DNA of 64,000 bases from an uncultured Planctomycetales bacterium (GCA_964572345.1 CAZNFA010000006.1:89437-153436), one strand, 5' to 3'; positions 1 through 9,504 are shown, counted from the first letter of the stretch. Notes: generated by a model not told the origin, from the letters alone. Numbers and translations are program-made.

Positions 1-955
1 GCCATAGATCTTCGTGGCCTTCCACACGCGTGAGGCGCGCTTTCGGCAAGCGGTCAATCGGTTCATTGTCTGCGAAGAATTCCATGACGTCGCCCCGGTC
101 GGCGACGTAAAGCCGGCGCCGCGGTTGCCCGCGCCGCGCTACCCAGAACGGCAGCTCCACACGGTCCGCACCGACATGCAGCGCCGGGGCGGGCCGATGG
201 ACGTTGCGCACACCATAGCGCTGCCGATAGGCGCGCTGGGCCTGGTTGTAGTGCGCGGCGAAGGCCGGCGCGCGCAGTGCCAAATGCGCGACAAGTGTGC
301 GGAACTCGGGCGTTGTGCAGAGTTGTGAGGCGCGCACGTCGCGCGTCCGGCCGAGGCCGAACGTCTTTTCCACCGCCGCGTGCGCAGCGATCATGCCGTC
401 GCAGAAACCCGGCTTAGGCTTGGCGCCTGCGAGCCAACCGTCCGCGAAGGTTTGCAGCAGCGAGTCGTCAGAGCCGCGCCACAGCGAGCGTACGCGGGCA
501 AAGAAACGCGCCCATTCTTGCGGGGCGACTTGGGGCTGCCACTCCGATGGCAAACGCGCATCACAGCCGGGAACGTCCACCAAGACGCGTCTGAGCTGAT
601 CGTTGTCCACCTGCGGGACCGCGAGTTGCCGCGACTTCGGCACGTCCGAATCGACCGTGAGGAATACGGTCAGGCCGCCCGCGCCGGCGGCCAGCGCGTC
701 GGCGGCGATCGTCTTCGCGAAGACCCCCGCGTGTCCGAACCCCGCCTGGTGGCCGGTCAGGATCACGGGGCCGGCCAGATCCAGCCGGCGCCGCAGCCGT
801 GCGCGCAGCGCGCCCAGCGTCGTATCCAGAATGGGGATGGCGTCGTATCCCGCCGCGGCATCCCGCGCCAGCCAGGCATGAATGCCCGCAGCGTCCGGCT
901 CGACCAAGACGCCGTAGTGCTCTCGCGGCACCACCAACCGCCGCGAGTCGATCAT
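1..955 (-). CDS. Hypothetical protein, partial. The N-terminus is in the window and the C-terminus runs off the window start. Its start is coupled to the upstream GT2 gene.
   Basis: Manual translation of the minus strand from ATG at 955-953 gives an open frame of more than 315 aa down to position 1 (MIDSRRLVVPREHYGVLVEPDAAGIHAWLARD...VILTGHQAGFGHAGVFAKTIAADALAAG...). GC3-rich codons. The ATG overlaps the TGA stop of the GT2 gene (ATGA at 955-952). It is absent from the ORF track only because it has no in-window stop. Family not recognised. Confidence 0.5.
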   Translation of the reverse strand, partial: MIDSRRLVVPREHYGVLVEPDAAGIHAWLARDAAAGYDAIPILDTTLGALRARLRRRLDLAGPVILTGHQAGFGHAGVFAKTIAADALAAGAGGLTVFLTVDSDVPKSRQLAVPQVDNDQLRRVLVDVPGCDARLPSEWQPQVAPQEWARFFARVRSLWRGSDDSLLQTFADGWLAGAKPKPGFCDGMIAAHAAVEKTFGLGRTRDVRASQLCTTPEFRTLVAHLALRAPAFAAHYNQAQRAYRQRYGVRNVHRPAPALHVGADRVELPFWVARRGQPRRRLYVADRGDVMEFFADNEPIDRLPKARLTRVEGHEDLW

Positions 956-1821
956 GCACTCCAGCTCCAGGTCCGGTACGGGGCCCGGACGCTACAACGG
1001 CATAAGGCGCGTGTCTGCTGGGCGTCCAGCGCGAGCGGCGCACGCCGGAGCTCGCGTGTGAACACGTCCAGGTAGTGTTGCAGGCGGGCCGCCGGGTCGT
1101 CCAGCGCACCGCCGAACGCGCGCTTCTCGTCGAGGTAAATGCGGCGGACGGGGATCTCGCAGACGCGCAGCCCGGCCCGCATACACTGCACCCAAAACTG
1201 CAACGGAAAGGCGTAGCCCGGCTCGTCCAGACGCAGCCGTTGCATGGCCGCCACCCGCTGCGCCTTGAACCCGCAGAAAGAGTCGGTCAAGCGCAGGCCG
1301 AGAATCTGCTTGATCAGTTCGCAGATCGTGCGGTTGATGCGGCGGCGCTGCTGAGGCGGCGGGTCGTCGTCGGGATGCGCGACCAGGTAGCGCGACCCGC
1401 TGATCACATCCGCCCGATCCCGCCGCGCTTCGGCGACGAACTCCGGGATCTGCCGCGGCTCGTGCTGTTCGTCGCAGTCGAGGGTGATGATCCAGTCATA
1501 GCCGCGTGCGGCGGCGAAGCCGAATGCGTTGATCAGGCTCTGGCCATAGCCGCGGTTGTGAGAGTGCGTAATGGTGTGCACGTGTGGATATGCGGCCAGC
1601 AGGCCCGCCGTCGCGTCGGTCGAGCCGTCGTTGACGACCAGGATGTGCTCGGCGTGGCGCGTCACGGCCGCCAGCACGCCGGGCAGGTAGCGCTCCTCGT
1701 TGTACACTGGAATCGCCACGAGGTACTTCAATGTCGCTCTCCGCGAAGCCGGCCCGCCTGCTTTCGAACGAACGGGGAACACCCGGCTGGTGATTTTTCT
1801 CCCTGCCGGGTGGTCTGTCAA
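952..1821 (-). CDS. Family 2 glycosyltransferase (dolichyl-phosphate mannose synthase-like)
   Basis: The 289-aa ORF carries the GT2 signature LKYLVAIPVYNEERYLPGVL...ILVVNDGSTDAT...ITLDCDEQHEP...ISGSRY. Its start codon at 1821 overlaps the stop of the upstream GT28-like gene (1818). Confidence 0.8.
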   Translation of the reverse strand: MTDHPAGRKITSRVFPVRSKAGGPASRRATLKYLVAIPVYNEERYLPGVLAAVTRHAEHILVVNDGSTDATAGLLAAYPHVHTITHSHNRGYGQSLINAFGFAAARGYDWIITLDCDEQHEPRQIPEFVAEARRDRADVISGSRYLVAHPDDDPPPQQRRRINRTICELIKQILGLRLTDSFCGFKAQRVAAMQRLRLDEPGYAFPLQFWVQCMRAGLRVCEIPVRRIYLDEKRAFGGALDDPAARLQHYLDVFTRELRRAPLALDAQQTRALCRCSVRAPYRTWSWSA

Positions 1822-2963
1822 ACGCGCCGGGCTTGCAGCAGGCTGAGCGCGTCGGTGGCGATGCGAGCCGCGGCACCCGGTTGAGCGACCGCCCGTGCTG
1901 CCTTGCGCAGCCGTCGCAAGCGGACTGGGTCAGCCAGCGCCTCGTTCACGCGATACCCGAGCATACGCATGTTGTTGACTCTGATCCCCGCGCCGTGCTC
2001 GAGCACGTAATCGCTATTACGCTCCTCCTGCCCGGGAATGGGGTTGACCACCACCATCGGTGCCCCGCACGCCAGCGCTTCGGCGACGGTCAGTCCGCCG
2101 GCCTTGCTCACGACCAGGTCTGCCGCTGCCATCCACTCGTGCATGAGGTCCGTGTAGCCGAGCACGTGGACCGGGCAGTCGGAATCCGAGGTCAGCCGTT
2201 CCAGGCGCCGCCGGAGCTTCTCGTTGCGACCGCTGATGACCACGATCTGCACGTCGGCGTCGATCGACATCAGCTCGCGCAGGGCCTGCTCGGTGGGACC
2301 CACGCCGAAACCGCCCGCCAGCAGCAACACCACCGGCCGCGCGCGATCAAGTTGGCAGCGCTGCCGAATCTTGCGACGATCAGCGGGCTGTTGGAAACCT
2401 GGGCGAAGGGGGATCCCAGTGACGAGCACCTGGTCGGGATCAACACCGCAGGTTGCCAGGTAGGCCTTCCCTTGCTCGCTGGCGGTGTAGTATCGTTCGG
2501 TCGGCGGATGCACCCAGATCCGATGCGTCTCGAAGTCCGTCGTGACAGTAACCTGAGGGCAGTCCAACCGTCGCGCACGGCGCAGGTACGCGACGATCTC
2601 GGCCGGCAGATAGTGCGTGTTCACAATCAACCGCGGCCGGCTGCGGACCAGGTAGCGCATCGTGCGGTGGGCGTTGAGATTCTGGAAACTGCGCCGCAGG
2701 GCGTCGCGCAGATGCCGATCGGGACGATCCATCGCGTCGTAGAGCATCCCCATCACGACCGGCGTATGGTTGACGATCGCGATATAGCCACCCGCGTACA
2801 GTGTGCGAAAGAGCGTGCTGGTGCTCTGAAGTACGTCGTGGACCTCAATCTGTGCATTCGGAGCCTGCGCACGGAAGGCCTCCCGCAGGGCACCGGCCGC
2901 CATCATGTGCCCGGCGCCGGTGGAGGCGTAGAGGATCAGGATGGGCCTCTGGTCCTCGTTCAT
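1818..2963 (-). CDS. GT28/MGDG-synthase-like glycosyltransferase (monogalactosyldiacylglycerol synthase / UgtP family)
   Basis: Sequence matches: ILILYASTGAGHMMAAGAL..., HTPVVMGMLYDAMD..., C-terminal GGFGVGP...VISGRNEKL...LGYTDLMHEWMAAADLVVSKAGGLTVAEALACGAPMVVVNPIPGQEERN. Start chosen at the internal ATG (MNEDQRP, 2963); the track ORF extends to a TTG at 3098. The ATG overlaps the rnpA stop (ATGA at 2963-2960). Confidence 0.75.
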   Translation of the reverse strand: MNEDQRPILILYASTGAGHMMAAGALREAFRAQAPNAQIEVHDVLQSTSTLFRTLYAGGYIAIVNHTPVVMGMLYDAMDRPDRHLRDALRRSFQNLNAHRTMRYLVRSRPRLIVNTHYLPAEIVAYLRRARRLDCPQVTVTTDFETHRIWVHPPTERYYTASEQGKAYLATCGVDPDQVLVTGIPLRPGFQQPADRRKIRQRCQLDRARPVVLLLAGGFGVGPTEQALRELMSIDADVQIVVISGRNEKLRRRLERLTSDSDCPVHVLGYTDLMHEWMAAADLVVSKAGGLTVAEALACGAPMVVVNPIPGQEERNSDYVLEHGAGIRVNNMRMLGYRVNEALADPVRLRRLRKAARAVAQPGAAARIATDALSLLQARRV

Positions 2964-3427
2964 GCCGACCCCGCCCGACCAGGCTCTTCCGCTTCCCGTT
3001 GCGGCCTGGCGAGCCGCCGCGACGCAAGCTCGGCCAGCCCAACGAGCGATTCTCGCGCAGCTTGCAGGCCGACGTCCGCCGCCACCCGCGGGGCACAAAC
3101 GAGGTCCAGCCCGACCGGCAGCCGAGCGCGCGCGAGGCGGAAGGCTTCGCGCAGGATGCGCTTGAGGCGGTTGCGGCGAACGGCAGCTCCGTGCTTGCGA
3201 CCCACGATCATCCCGAAGCGCGTGACCTCCAGCCGGTTGGGCAGGGCCCAGAGCGTCAAGCGCTGATCGCTGACGCGCACACCGGCGGACATCGTCCGAT
3301 CGAAGTCGCCGCGGCGACGCAGCCGGAACCGGGCCGAGAACTTGCAGCGTGCGCGCTGCCCGGCGGCGTCAAGCGCCCGATCAGTCGCCGGCGGGTCGGA
3401 AGAACGCGATGCTTGCCGTGTGACCAT
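2960..3427 (-). CDS. rnpA: Ribonuclease P protein component
   Basis: Conserved RnpA motifs: FRLRRRGDFDR near the N-terminus and GMIVGRKHGAAVRRNRLKRILREAFRL (the A..RNR.KR..RE motif). The start is uncertain. The ATG giving MVTRQ at 3427 would overlap the 3' end of the FIST gene (stop 3381), so an internal alternative start is possible. Confidence 0.7.
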   Translation of the reverse strand: MVTRQASRSSDPPATDRALDAAGQRARCKFSARFRLRRRGDFDRTMSAGVRVSDQRLTLWALPNRLEVTRFGMIVGRKHGAAVRRNRLKRILREAFRLARARLPVGLDLVCAPRVAADVGLQAARESLVGLAELASRRLARPQREAEEPGRAGSA

Positions 3428-4574
3428 GCAGGAAGTTCCGTCGCCCGATCGGGCCGACCTCGCCGGCACAGAAGAAGCCCGCCACCGGCAGCGAACCGCA
3501 GTGCTGAGCGATCGCGCGCGCGTCGTGGTGCGGACGGGAAAACAGCCGCGTGCCCCGGCCGCTACAGTCGAACAGCAGCGCGCCGGCGGCGGACGCGCTT
3601 TGGGTTACAGACAGCAGGGAAGCCAGGTCTTCGGACGCGGCCTCGCCGTCACGCACGTGAAACTGAATCGTCTGCCCGATGCGGACCAGGTCGTTCAGGG
3701 CCATCGCGCCGCTGTTCGTGTCAAAGCCGATCGGATTGCGGATCAGGAAGTCCCCGCGGGCGAACTTGTCCTGATACTCGTTGATCACGCGCCCGATCAG
3801 CAGGCCCCGTCTGCGGGCCAACTCGCGGTCCTGGACCGGCGAATCCGCCAACATCTCCGTCACCACGGCCAGCGGCGGCTTTCCGCCGAGCTGGTAGATG
3901 ACGTTTCGCTCCGCCTTGGTGATCACCAGGTGCCGGCCGATCGGGCGACAGCCCTGCGAGACCACCGTGTCCACCTGGACGTTGCCCCACAGCCCGACGC
4001 CGGTCAGCCCGTGGTGCAGTGTCTGGCCGTCGAAGACGAGCGCGTTTTGTCCGGGCTCTTCGGCCGCCGAGGCCATTCCACCGATGGCCGGCCGGCCAGG
4101 ATAGGCAACCTCCAGCAGCTCCAGCAGCTCCAGCACGTTGAAGCTGAACGGGTCGCCGAGCAGGATGAAGTGGGGGGCCACATCCGGGGTGAGAGCCAGG
4201 TGCTCCTGTAGCGCCTCGGGCGAGTCGAACCGCTCCAGGTCCTCCTGCGACAAGTGAAACGAGCGTAGCCGCGCGCCCGGCAGCGACGCCGCCCACAGCG
4301 CCAGCGCGGGCCGACTTTCGTACTCGCGGTCGCCGCGGATGACGGTCTCGGCGGTCGTGCCGATGAACGCCCGCGGTCGCAGCAGGTCCTGGAGCCGGAG
4401 CGCGATCTCCTCGATCTCGTCCTCGAAGTGCGCGCTGGCAAACAGCAGGCACAGATCGACGCATCGATCGGGAAGCGCCGCGCTGAGCTGGCCCGCCAGC
4501 TCGCGGGCCGTCTGCTCGCGCCCGACCTCCGTCGCCAGGGCCGTGGCCATCTTCATTGTCTCGGCGGCGCTCAT
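3381..4574 (-). CDS. FIST domain-containing sensory protein
   Basis: 397 aa. The C-terminal motif FDCSGRGTRLF...LPVAGFFCAGEVGP is typical of the FIST-C domain. The N-terminal half resembles FIST-N. The start could be 4574 or 4549. Confidence 0.55.
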   Translation of the reverse strand: MSAAETMKMATALATEVGREQTARELAGQLSAALPDRCVDLCLLFASAHFEDEIEEIALRLQDLLRPRAFIGTTAETVIRGDREYESRPALALWAASLPGARLRSFHLSQEDLERFDSPEALQEHLALTPDVAPHFILLGDPFSFNVLELLELLEVAYPGRPAIGGMASAAEEPGQNALVFDGQTLHHGLTGVGLWGNVQVDTVVSQGCRPIGRHLVITKAERNVIYQLGGKPPLAVVTEMLADSPVQDRELARRRGLLIGRVINEYQDKFARGDFLIRNPIGFDTNSGAMALNDLVRIGQTIQFHVRDGEAASEDLASLLSVTQSASAAGALLFDCSGRGTRLFSRPHHDARAIAQHCGSLPVAGFFCAGEVGPIGRRNFLHGHTASIAFFRPAGD

Positions 4575-4622
4575 ACACCTTATTGTAGGCGTACGAGCGG
4601 CCGCATCAAAGTGTGTGTTCGG

Positions 4623-5639
4623 CTAGGCGCGTGGTGAAATGCCGAGGCCGGGTTGCTCACCGAGCTCGATCACGCCGCCCTGGCGTGTAATGCCTTCGAA
4701 CGGGTCGTCGGCCAGCAGCAGGTGCCCGTCCAGATCGGCCAGATCGACCAGCGTCGCGATTTCCAAGGCCGGGGCGATCGCCAGGCTGCTGCAGACAAAG
4801 CACCCCAACATCACCTGCATGTCGAGCGCCCGGGCGATGGTGACCATCCGCAGGGCCTCGCGAATCCCGCCGCACTTGGTGAACTTGATATTGATCCCGT
4901 CCACATACCCGTGCAGCCGTACCACGTCGGCCGGGCGCTCGCAGCTTTCGTCGGCGAAGATGGGGACGAGGGCGAGTCGGCGGAGCTCGGCCATGGCCCG
5001 CCAGTCTTCCTTCCGCAGCGGCTGCTCAATCATCGTGGGCCGATAACGAACGAGTTCCTTGATCTTGCCGGGGGCCTCTCGCGGCTCCCAGGCCTGGTTG
5101 GCGTCGAGCAACAGCGGACCGTCAAAGGCTTCACGGATGATGGACAGCGTCTCGTGGTCGTGCTCGACGCCGACCTTGACCTTCAACGCGTCGAACCCGG
5201 CCGCGAGGGCCTCTTCCAGCTTCACGCGGATCTCGTCCAGCTCGGCCACGCCGATGGTGAAGGTGGTTTGCTTGCGTGGGCGGTCGAGTCCGAGCAGTCT
5301 CCAGACGGGGATGCCCAGGCGCTTGCCGGCCCAGTCGTGCAGGGCGGCGTCCACGCCGGCGATTGCCGCCCGCTGGCCGTCGAATCCTCCGATGAGGCGA
5401 TGGATGATCGCCTCAAGCGCGAAGGGATCATCACCAAGCAGCGCGGCCATGCCGTCGAGGGCGGACTCGGAGGATTCGAGCGACTGCCCGTAGAGCGCCG
5501 AGGGCACCACCTCCCCCAGCCCGACGACGCCGTCGTGCTCCAGCTCGATGACGATCGTTTCCTTCTCATCGACCGCCCATTGCGACGTAGCGAAGCGGTG
5601 TCGCGGGCGGATTCGCTGTCGGTGCCGGTCTAGCTTCAT
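4623..5639 (-). CDS. Dipeptide epimerase / enolase-superfamily enzyme (L-Ala-D/L-Glu epimerase-like)
   Basis: 338 aa with MR/MLE-family motifs: KVKVG, LLLDANQAW, IEQP, ADES, KFTKCGGI. It lies 5 nt downstream of a small hypothetical gene. Confidence 0.8.
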   Translation of the reverse strand: MKLDRHRQRIRPRHRFATSQWAVDEKETIVIELEHDGVVGLGEVVPSALYGQSLESSESALDGMAALLGDDPFALEAIIHRLIGGFDGQRAAIAGVDAALHDWAGKRLGIPVWRLLGLDRPRKQTTFTIGVAELDEIRVKLEEALAAGFDALKVKVGVEHDHETLSIIREAFDGPLLLDANQAWEPREAPGKIKELVRYRPTMIEQPLRKEDWRAMAELRRLALVPIFADESCERPADVVRLHGYVDGINIKFTKCGGIREALRMVTIARALDMQVMLGCFVCSSLAIAPALEIATLVDLADLDGHLLLADDPFEGITRQGGVIELGEQPGLGISPRA

Positions 5640-5644
5640 GCCGT

Positions 5645-5974
5645 TCAGTTTCCATCGTCGGGGGGTTCGTCGTCGGTGACCACATCGTCCAGGGCCGAGA
5701 TGCTGATGATCGCCTGCCGCTCGACGAATACGCGGCGGCGGTTCGTGCGGCGGACGCCCGTCGCCTCCAGTTCGTGGGCCTGGTTGACGTAGACCTCCTT
5801 GGTGCTGTGCCCATCGTTGCGGTCGTGCACGTCGGCATCGGTGAGCCAGTAGCCACGGTCGTCGTACGACTCCAGCCGGCCGATGTAGATCATCGGACCC
5901 GGCGTGTCGAGCACTACCCGCCGGTTCAGAAACGTGTCCAGGCTGTTTCCGCTCATTCGCTCCTGCCGCTGCAT
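5645..5974 (-). CDS. Hypothetical small protein
   Basis: Internal ATG (MQRQERMSGNSLDTFLNRRVVLDTPGPMIYIGRLESYDDRGYWLTDADVH...) within track ORF 5645..6079. GC3-rich. Apparently in an operon with the epimerase. No family recognised. Confidence 0.4.
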   Translation of the reverse strand: MQRQERMSGNSLDTFLNRRVVLDTPGPMIYIGRLESYDDRGYWLTDADVHDRNDGHSTKEVYVNQAHELEATGVRRTNRRRVFVERQAIISISALDDVVTDDEPPDDGN

Positions 5975-6077
5975 ACGCCCGGGCGAACGTGGTCCCGCCG
6001 CCGGGACCGGCGCGGTATTGTACCCCGACGACGGTGAAGGACGAACCCGACGCGGCCAGACTGCCCGGACAAACGCC

Positions 6078-6839
6078 ATGCCGATCCGCCCTGATCAGGC
6101 CATCGTGCTGCGATTGAGCGACTACTCCGAGTCGTCGCAGATCGTCTCGCTGTTCACGGCCGGCAGCGGGCTGGCGCGGCTGATCGCCAAGGGCGTGCGG
6201 CGCGGCACACGCCAGCGCTTCGCCGCCGGGCTGGACCTGCTCGAGTACGGGGAGGTGAGCTACGCCCCGCCGCGCGGCACTGCCGGGTTGGGCACGCTGA
6301 CCGAGTGGGTTCAGCGCGACGCGTTCGCGGGGCTACGCAGAAACCTGCTTTGCCTGTACGGCGGCCTCTACGCGGCCGAACTGGTGAGCGCGTTGACCGA
6401 GGAGTACGACGCACACCCCGGGCTGTTCGCCGCGCTGCTCGCAGCTCTGCGCGAGTTGTCGGCGGCGAAGCAGCCCGTCGCGACGATCGTCCGGTTTCAA
6501 CTCGAGCTGGCCGCCGCGATCGGCTATGCCCCGCAGCTCCACGAGTGTGTGGGCTGCGGGCGGCCGCGGGCCCGCGGCGCACCGGCGTATTTCAGCTCGA
6601 CCGCCGGAGGCTTGCTTTGTCGCGACTGCGAGATGCACCACGTCGAAAAACGGCGGGTCTCGCCGGCCATGATCGATCAGGGACCACAGGCCACCAACTC
6701 CGAGCAATGGTTCGACCTGCTCGACTACCACTTCAGCCACGTCGCCGGCAAGGCTTTCAAGACGGCCGACCGGCTGCGAGCGCTGCCGCTTGACGGACGG
6801 GCGCGGGGGCCCGGAAGCCGGGGCCGACCGCGAACATGA
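6078..6839 (+). CDS. recO: DNA repair protein RecO
   Basis: N-terminal OB-fold motif MPIRPDQAIVLRLSDYSESSQIVSLFTAGSGLARLIAKGVRR and a C-terminal zinc finger CVGCGRP...LLCRDC. Internal ATG at 6078 within track ORF 5904..6839. Confidence 0.8.
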   Translation: MPIRPDQAIVLRLSDYSESSQIVSLFTAGSGLARLIAKGVRRGTRQRFAAGLDLLEYGEVSYAPPRGTAGLGTLTEWVQRDAFAGLRRNLLCLYGGLYAAELVSALTEEYDAHPGLFAALLAALRELSAAKQPVATIVRFQLELAAAIGYAPQLHECVGCGRPRARGAPAYFSSTAGGLLCRDCEMHHVEKRRVSPAMIDQGPQATNSEQWFDLLDYHFSHVAGKAFKTADRLRALPLDGRARGPGSRGRPRT

Positions 6840-6864
6840 TGGTCTTCCCGGTGCGTGTCACGTT

Positions 6865-7569
6865 ATGATACAGGAGAAGGGAACGCGCGGCGTGAACGAC
6901 GAGTCGGAAAGTCTGCCGGAAGTCGTCCCGGTCTTCCCGCTCCCGGAGATCGTGCTGTTTCCGCGCGCCATGTTGCCGCTGCACGTGTTCGAGCCGCGTT
7001 ACCAGGCCATGACGGTTGACGCGTTAGCGGGGGACGGGGCGATTGCGGTGGCCCTGCTGCGCCCGGGGTTTGAACCGCTGTACTACACGCGGCACGCACC
7101 GATCCATCCGATCCTCGGGCTGGGGCGGATCGTCGCCTCGGAAGAGCTCGAGGAGGGCAAGTACAACATTCTGATCCGCGGCGAGGCCCGCGGGCGGGTG
7201 ATCGAGGAGCTGTCGGGACACCCCTACCGCCGAGCCCGCATCGAGCAGGTCCGCCCCTTCTGTCACCAGGCGGAGCCGGCGCTGCAAAAGCTGCGGCGAG
7301 CGCTGCACCACGCGGTCCGGGACAGTCCCTTCGGCGACACGGACATCCGCAAGCACTGGGCGAGCCTGCTGAAGATGCCGCTCGGATTGGGCGACGCGAC
7401 CGACCTGATCGTCAGCGGGCTGCCGATGGACGGCGAGTTGAAACAGTGCTTTCTCGCCGAGGCGGACGTGCCCGCACGGGCCGCAATGCTGCTGAACGAG
7501 ATTCGGACGTTGAGCGCGGTTACCCGTCAGCGCCGCCGCCTCGCCGACGACGAATGGAGGCTGAATTGA
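6865..7569 (+). CDS. LON N-terminal (substrate-binding) domain protein
   Basis: VPVFPLPEIVLFPRAMLPLHVFEPRYQAM...ILGLGRI matches the Lon N-domain (PUA-like). Start at the ATG (MIQEKG) followed by AGGAGAAGG. A GTG at 6891 is an alternative. Immediately downstream of recO. Confidence 0.65.
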   Translation: MIQEKGTRGVNDESESLPEVVPVFPLPEIVLFPRAMLPLHVFEPRYQAMTVDALAGDGAIAVALLRPGFEPLYYTRHAPIHPILGLGRIVASEELEEGKYNILIRGEARGRVIEELSGHPYRRARIEQVRPFCHQAEPALQKLRRALHHAVRDSPFGDTDIRKHWASLLKMPLGLGDATDLIVSGLPMDGELKQCFLAEADVPARAAMLLNEIRTLSAVTRQRRRLADDEWRLN

Positions 7570-7602
7570 GGCGTGAACGCTTCCGCGCGCGACGACGCGC
7601 TG

Positions 7603-9081
7603 CTACCCGAGGACTCTCCAGATTTGCAGCTCGCAGGCGGCCCACAGGCCGCTGGCTGCCGCCGTCAGCAAGATGGCCAGCTTGACGCGGTAGAGCGTGC
7701 GCTCGAAGCGTCTTGCCGCGGCCGGATCGTGGGCCAGCTTCTGCACGAAGCGCGAGCGCGACGAGATCGACGAGTGTCGCCAACTGCGCGCCCCGGGCGG
7801 GATCCCGTTCAGGAACGCGACCTCGTTCAACGTATCACCGAAGATGTGGGCGGCGGTGCTGCACAGGGTGGCCGGCGATTCGCTGTCGGCGGGATTGTCG
7901 TCTGTCGGATGGTGCAGCGCGCAGGGCATGTCGCAGGGGAGTCCGCTCAGCGCGAGTGTGCGCACGCCGAAGACGTCGGCCTGCCGCTCGAACCGCCGTG
8001 AAATCCAGCCGAACAGCACGCCCCACTTGAACACCAGCAGGCCCGCGCCCGCCACGGTGAGAAGCTGGTATGTCAAGCGATCCAGGTGCCGGGCACGCGC
8101 CGAGAGGATCGTCACCAGACAGCCGCTGATGAAGGCAAACAGCAGGAAGAACAGGATGTGGTGCCGTTTTACGTGGCCGGCTTCGTGACCGAAGACCGCC
8201 TCGATCTTCGCGTCGGGCAACTGTTCGATCATCGCGTCGGTAATCAGCACGTAACGCAGCGGCGCGACCAGGCCCATGACGGCGGCGTTTACAATCATGC
8301 CACCCGAACGCCACACCAGAATCTCGCGGCAACGCAAGCGCAGCTTGCGGCACAGGCTGGTGAGCCGGTCGCGCAGCGGCCCGTCCGGCAGGCGTTGGGT
8401 GACCCACACGTAGCGCAGGATCAGCGGGGCGATGATGGCCACCAAAGCTGCCGCGCTCCCGAGCAGCAGGTCGGAGACGTGGGCGTTCGGCCAGCGGGCA
8501 TCGATCTGCCGCTCATACAGGCCGATCACGTCGCGGGCCGCCAGAATCAGCACCATCGGGATGAGCACAAACAGCACCTGGTGCCGCAGGTTGAACAGAA
8601 GGTATTTGGGCAGCGGCCAGACCGGTTGGATCGGCCGGCCGCGGAACAGGTGGGTCTCCAGGGCGATGTGTCGCACGGCCCGGTCCGCCGGGTAGACCGC
8701 GATCCACACGAGCAGAATCGAGACCAGAAACGGCACAATCGCCAGCAGGCCGGACACCAGCGGCCAGCCGCCGACCACCGGGGTGCGCCCGCAGAACGGC
8801 ACCCAATCGGTCAGCAGAAACAGGGTCGCATGGCACACCGCCAGCAGGAACTGGGTCACCATCATTCCGCGGCCGAAGGCGTACTGGCCTCGCCCGGGGT
8901 GGTCGGGGTGCGCATCCAGCAGGACGACGGCGCGCCGGCCAACCAGCACGGCCACCAGGGGCGGCAGCAGCGTGGCCGCCGCCACCGCCAACATGACGTA
9001 CCCCGGGTCGCTCAGCCACCGGTAGGGCGGTGAGGGAAACGCCAGGACCAGGGAGAGCACGCCGATAACGATCAGAAACAT
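7603..9081 (-). CDS. Integral membrane M48-family zinc metallopeptidase
   Basis: 492 aa with multiple hydrophobic segments and an HExxH motif (VFGHEAGHVKRHHILFFLL) followed by downstream E/D residues. Confidence 0.65.
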   Translation of the reverse strand: MFLIVIGVLSLVLAFPSPPYRWLSDPGYVMLAVAAATLLPPLVAVLVGRRAVVLLDAHPDHPGRGQYAFGRGMMVTQFLLAVCHATLFLLTDWVPFCGRTPVVGGWPLVSGLLAIVPFLVSILLVWIAVYPADRAVRHIALETHLFRGRPIQPVWPLPKYLLFNLRHQVLFVLIPMVLILAARDVIGLYERQIDARWPNAHVSDLLLGSAAALVAIIAPLILRYVWVTQRLPDGPLRDRLTSLCRKLRLRCREILVWRSGGMIVNAAVMGLVAPLRYVLITDAMIEQLPDAKIEAVFGHEAGHVKRHHILFFLLFAFISGCLVTILSARARHLDRLTYQLLTVAGAGLLVFKWGVLFGWISRRFERQADVFGVRTLALSGLPCDMPCALHHPTDDNPADSESPATLCSTAAHIFGDTLNEVAFLNGIPPGARSWRHSSISSRSRFVQKLAHDPAAARRFERTLYRVKLAILLTAAASGLWAACELQIWRVLG

Positions 9082-9504
9082 CGCATCACATCATACGGGA
9101 AAGCGTGGTCGCCTTCAGCCGCTCGGTCGCCGGGCCGCCATACCGGTCAGCGGGCATCACCCCGACAAAACCCGGCATTCTCAACCTGCCGATACATAGC
9201 GCGGGTAGCCAACCGCGACACCCGACGGCGGAGCCCAGTGCAGTGGGAGACGAGGACCAGGACGTTTCGAATGCCGGCAGCGCCCCCGCGGCCCGAAGAC
9301 GTAGCAGGCCGCGGCCATACATCGGCATCCTGTTCGAGTGTTGCGGCGTATACGCTCGGGTCTATCGGCGGTCGGGCCGGACGGTGTATCTGGCGCGTTG
9401 CCCCCGTTGCCTGCGAACGGCCCGGGTGCGCGTAGGCAAGCACGGCACCGACGCGCGCTTGTTCAGAGCTTACTAGCTGGCGCTGAAGCCGGCCGGACGA
9501 ACGA

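Noticed and set aside
380-1109. Track ORFs 380..1075 (+) and 561..1109 (-) at the window start
   Set aside because: Both are low-complexity Arg/Ala-rich frames. A different minus-strand frame is open from 955 to position 1, is GC3-rich, and is start-coupled (ATGA) to the GT2 gene, so it is the more plausible real CDS.
1833-3266. 477-aa plus-strand ORF overlapping the GT28-like gene and rnpA
   Set aside because: It is an antisense shadow ORF typical of ~70% GC DNA. Its translation is Arg/Ala/Pro/Gly-rich with no recognisable motifs, whereas the minus-strand frames carry clear GT28 and RnpA signatures.
3342-4211. 289-aa plus-strand ORF and 285-aa minus-strand ORF (3721..4578) overlapping the FIST gene
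   Set aside because: Alternative frames of the same region. The FIST-C motif (GFFCAGEVGP) is found only in the 3381..4574 minus-strand frame.
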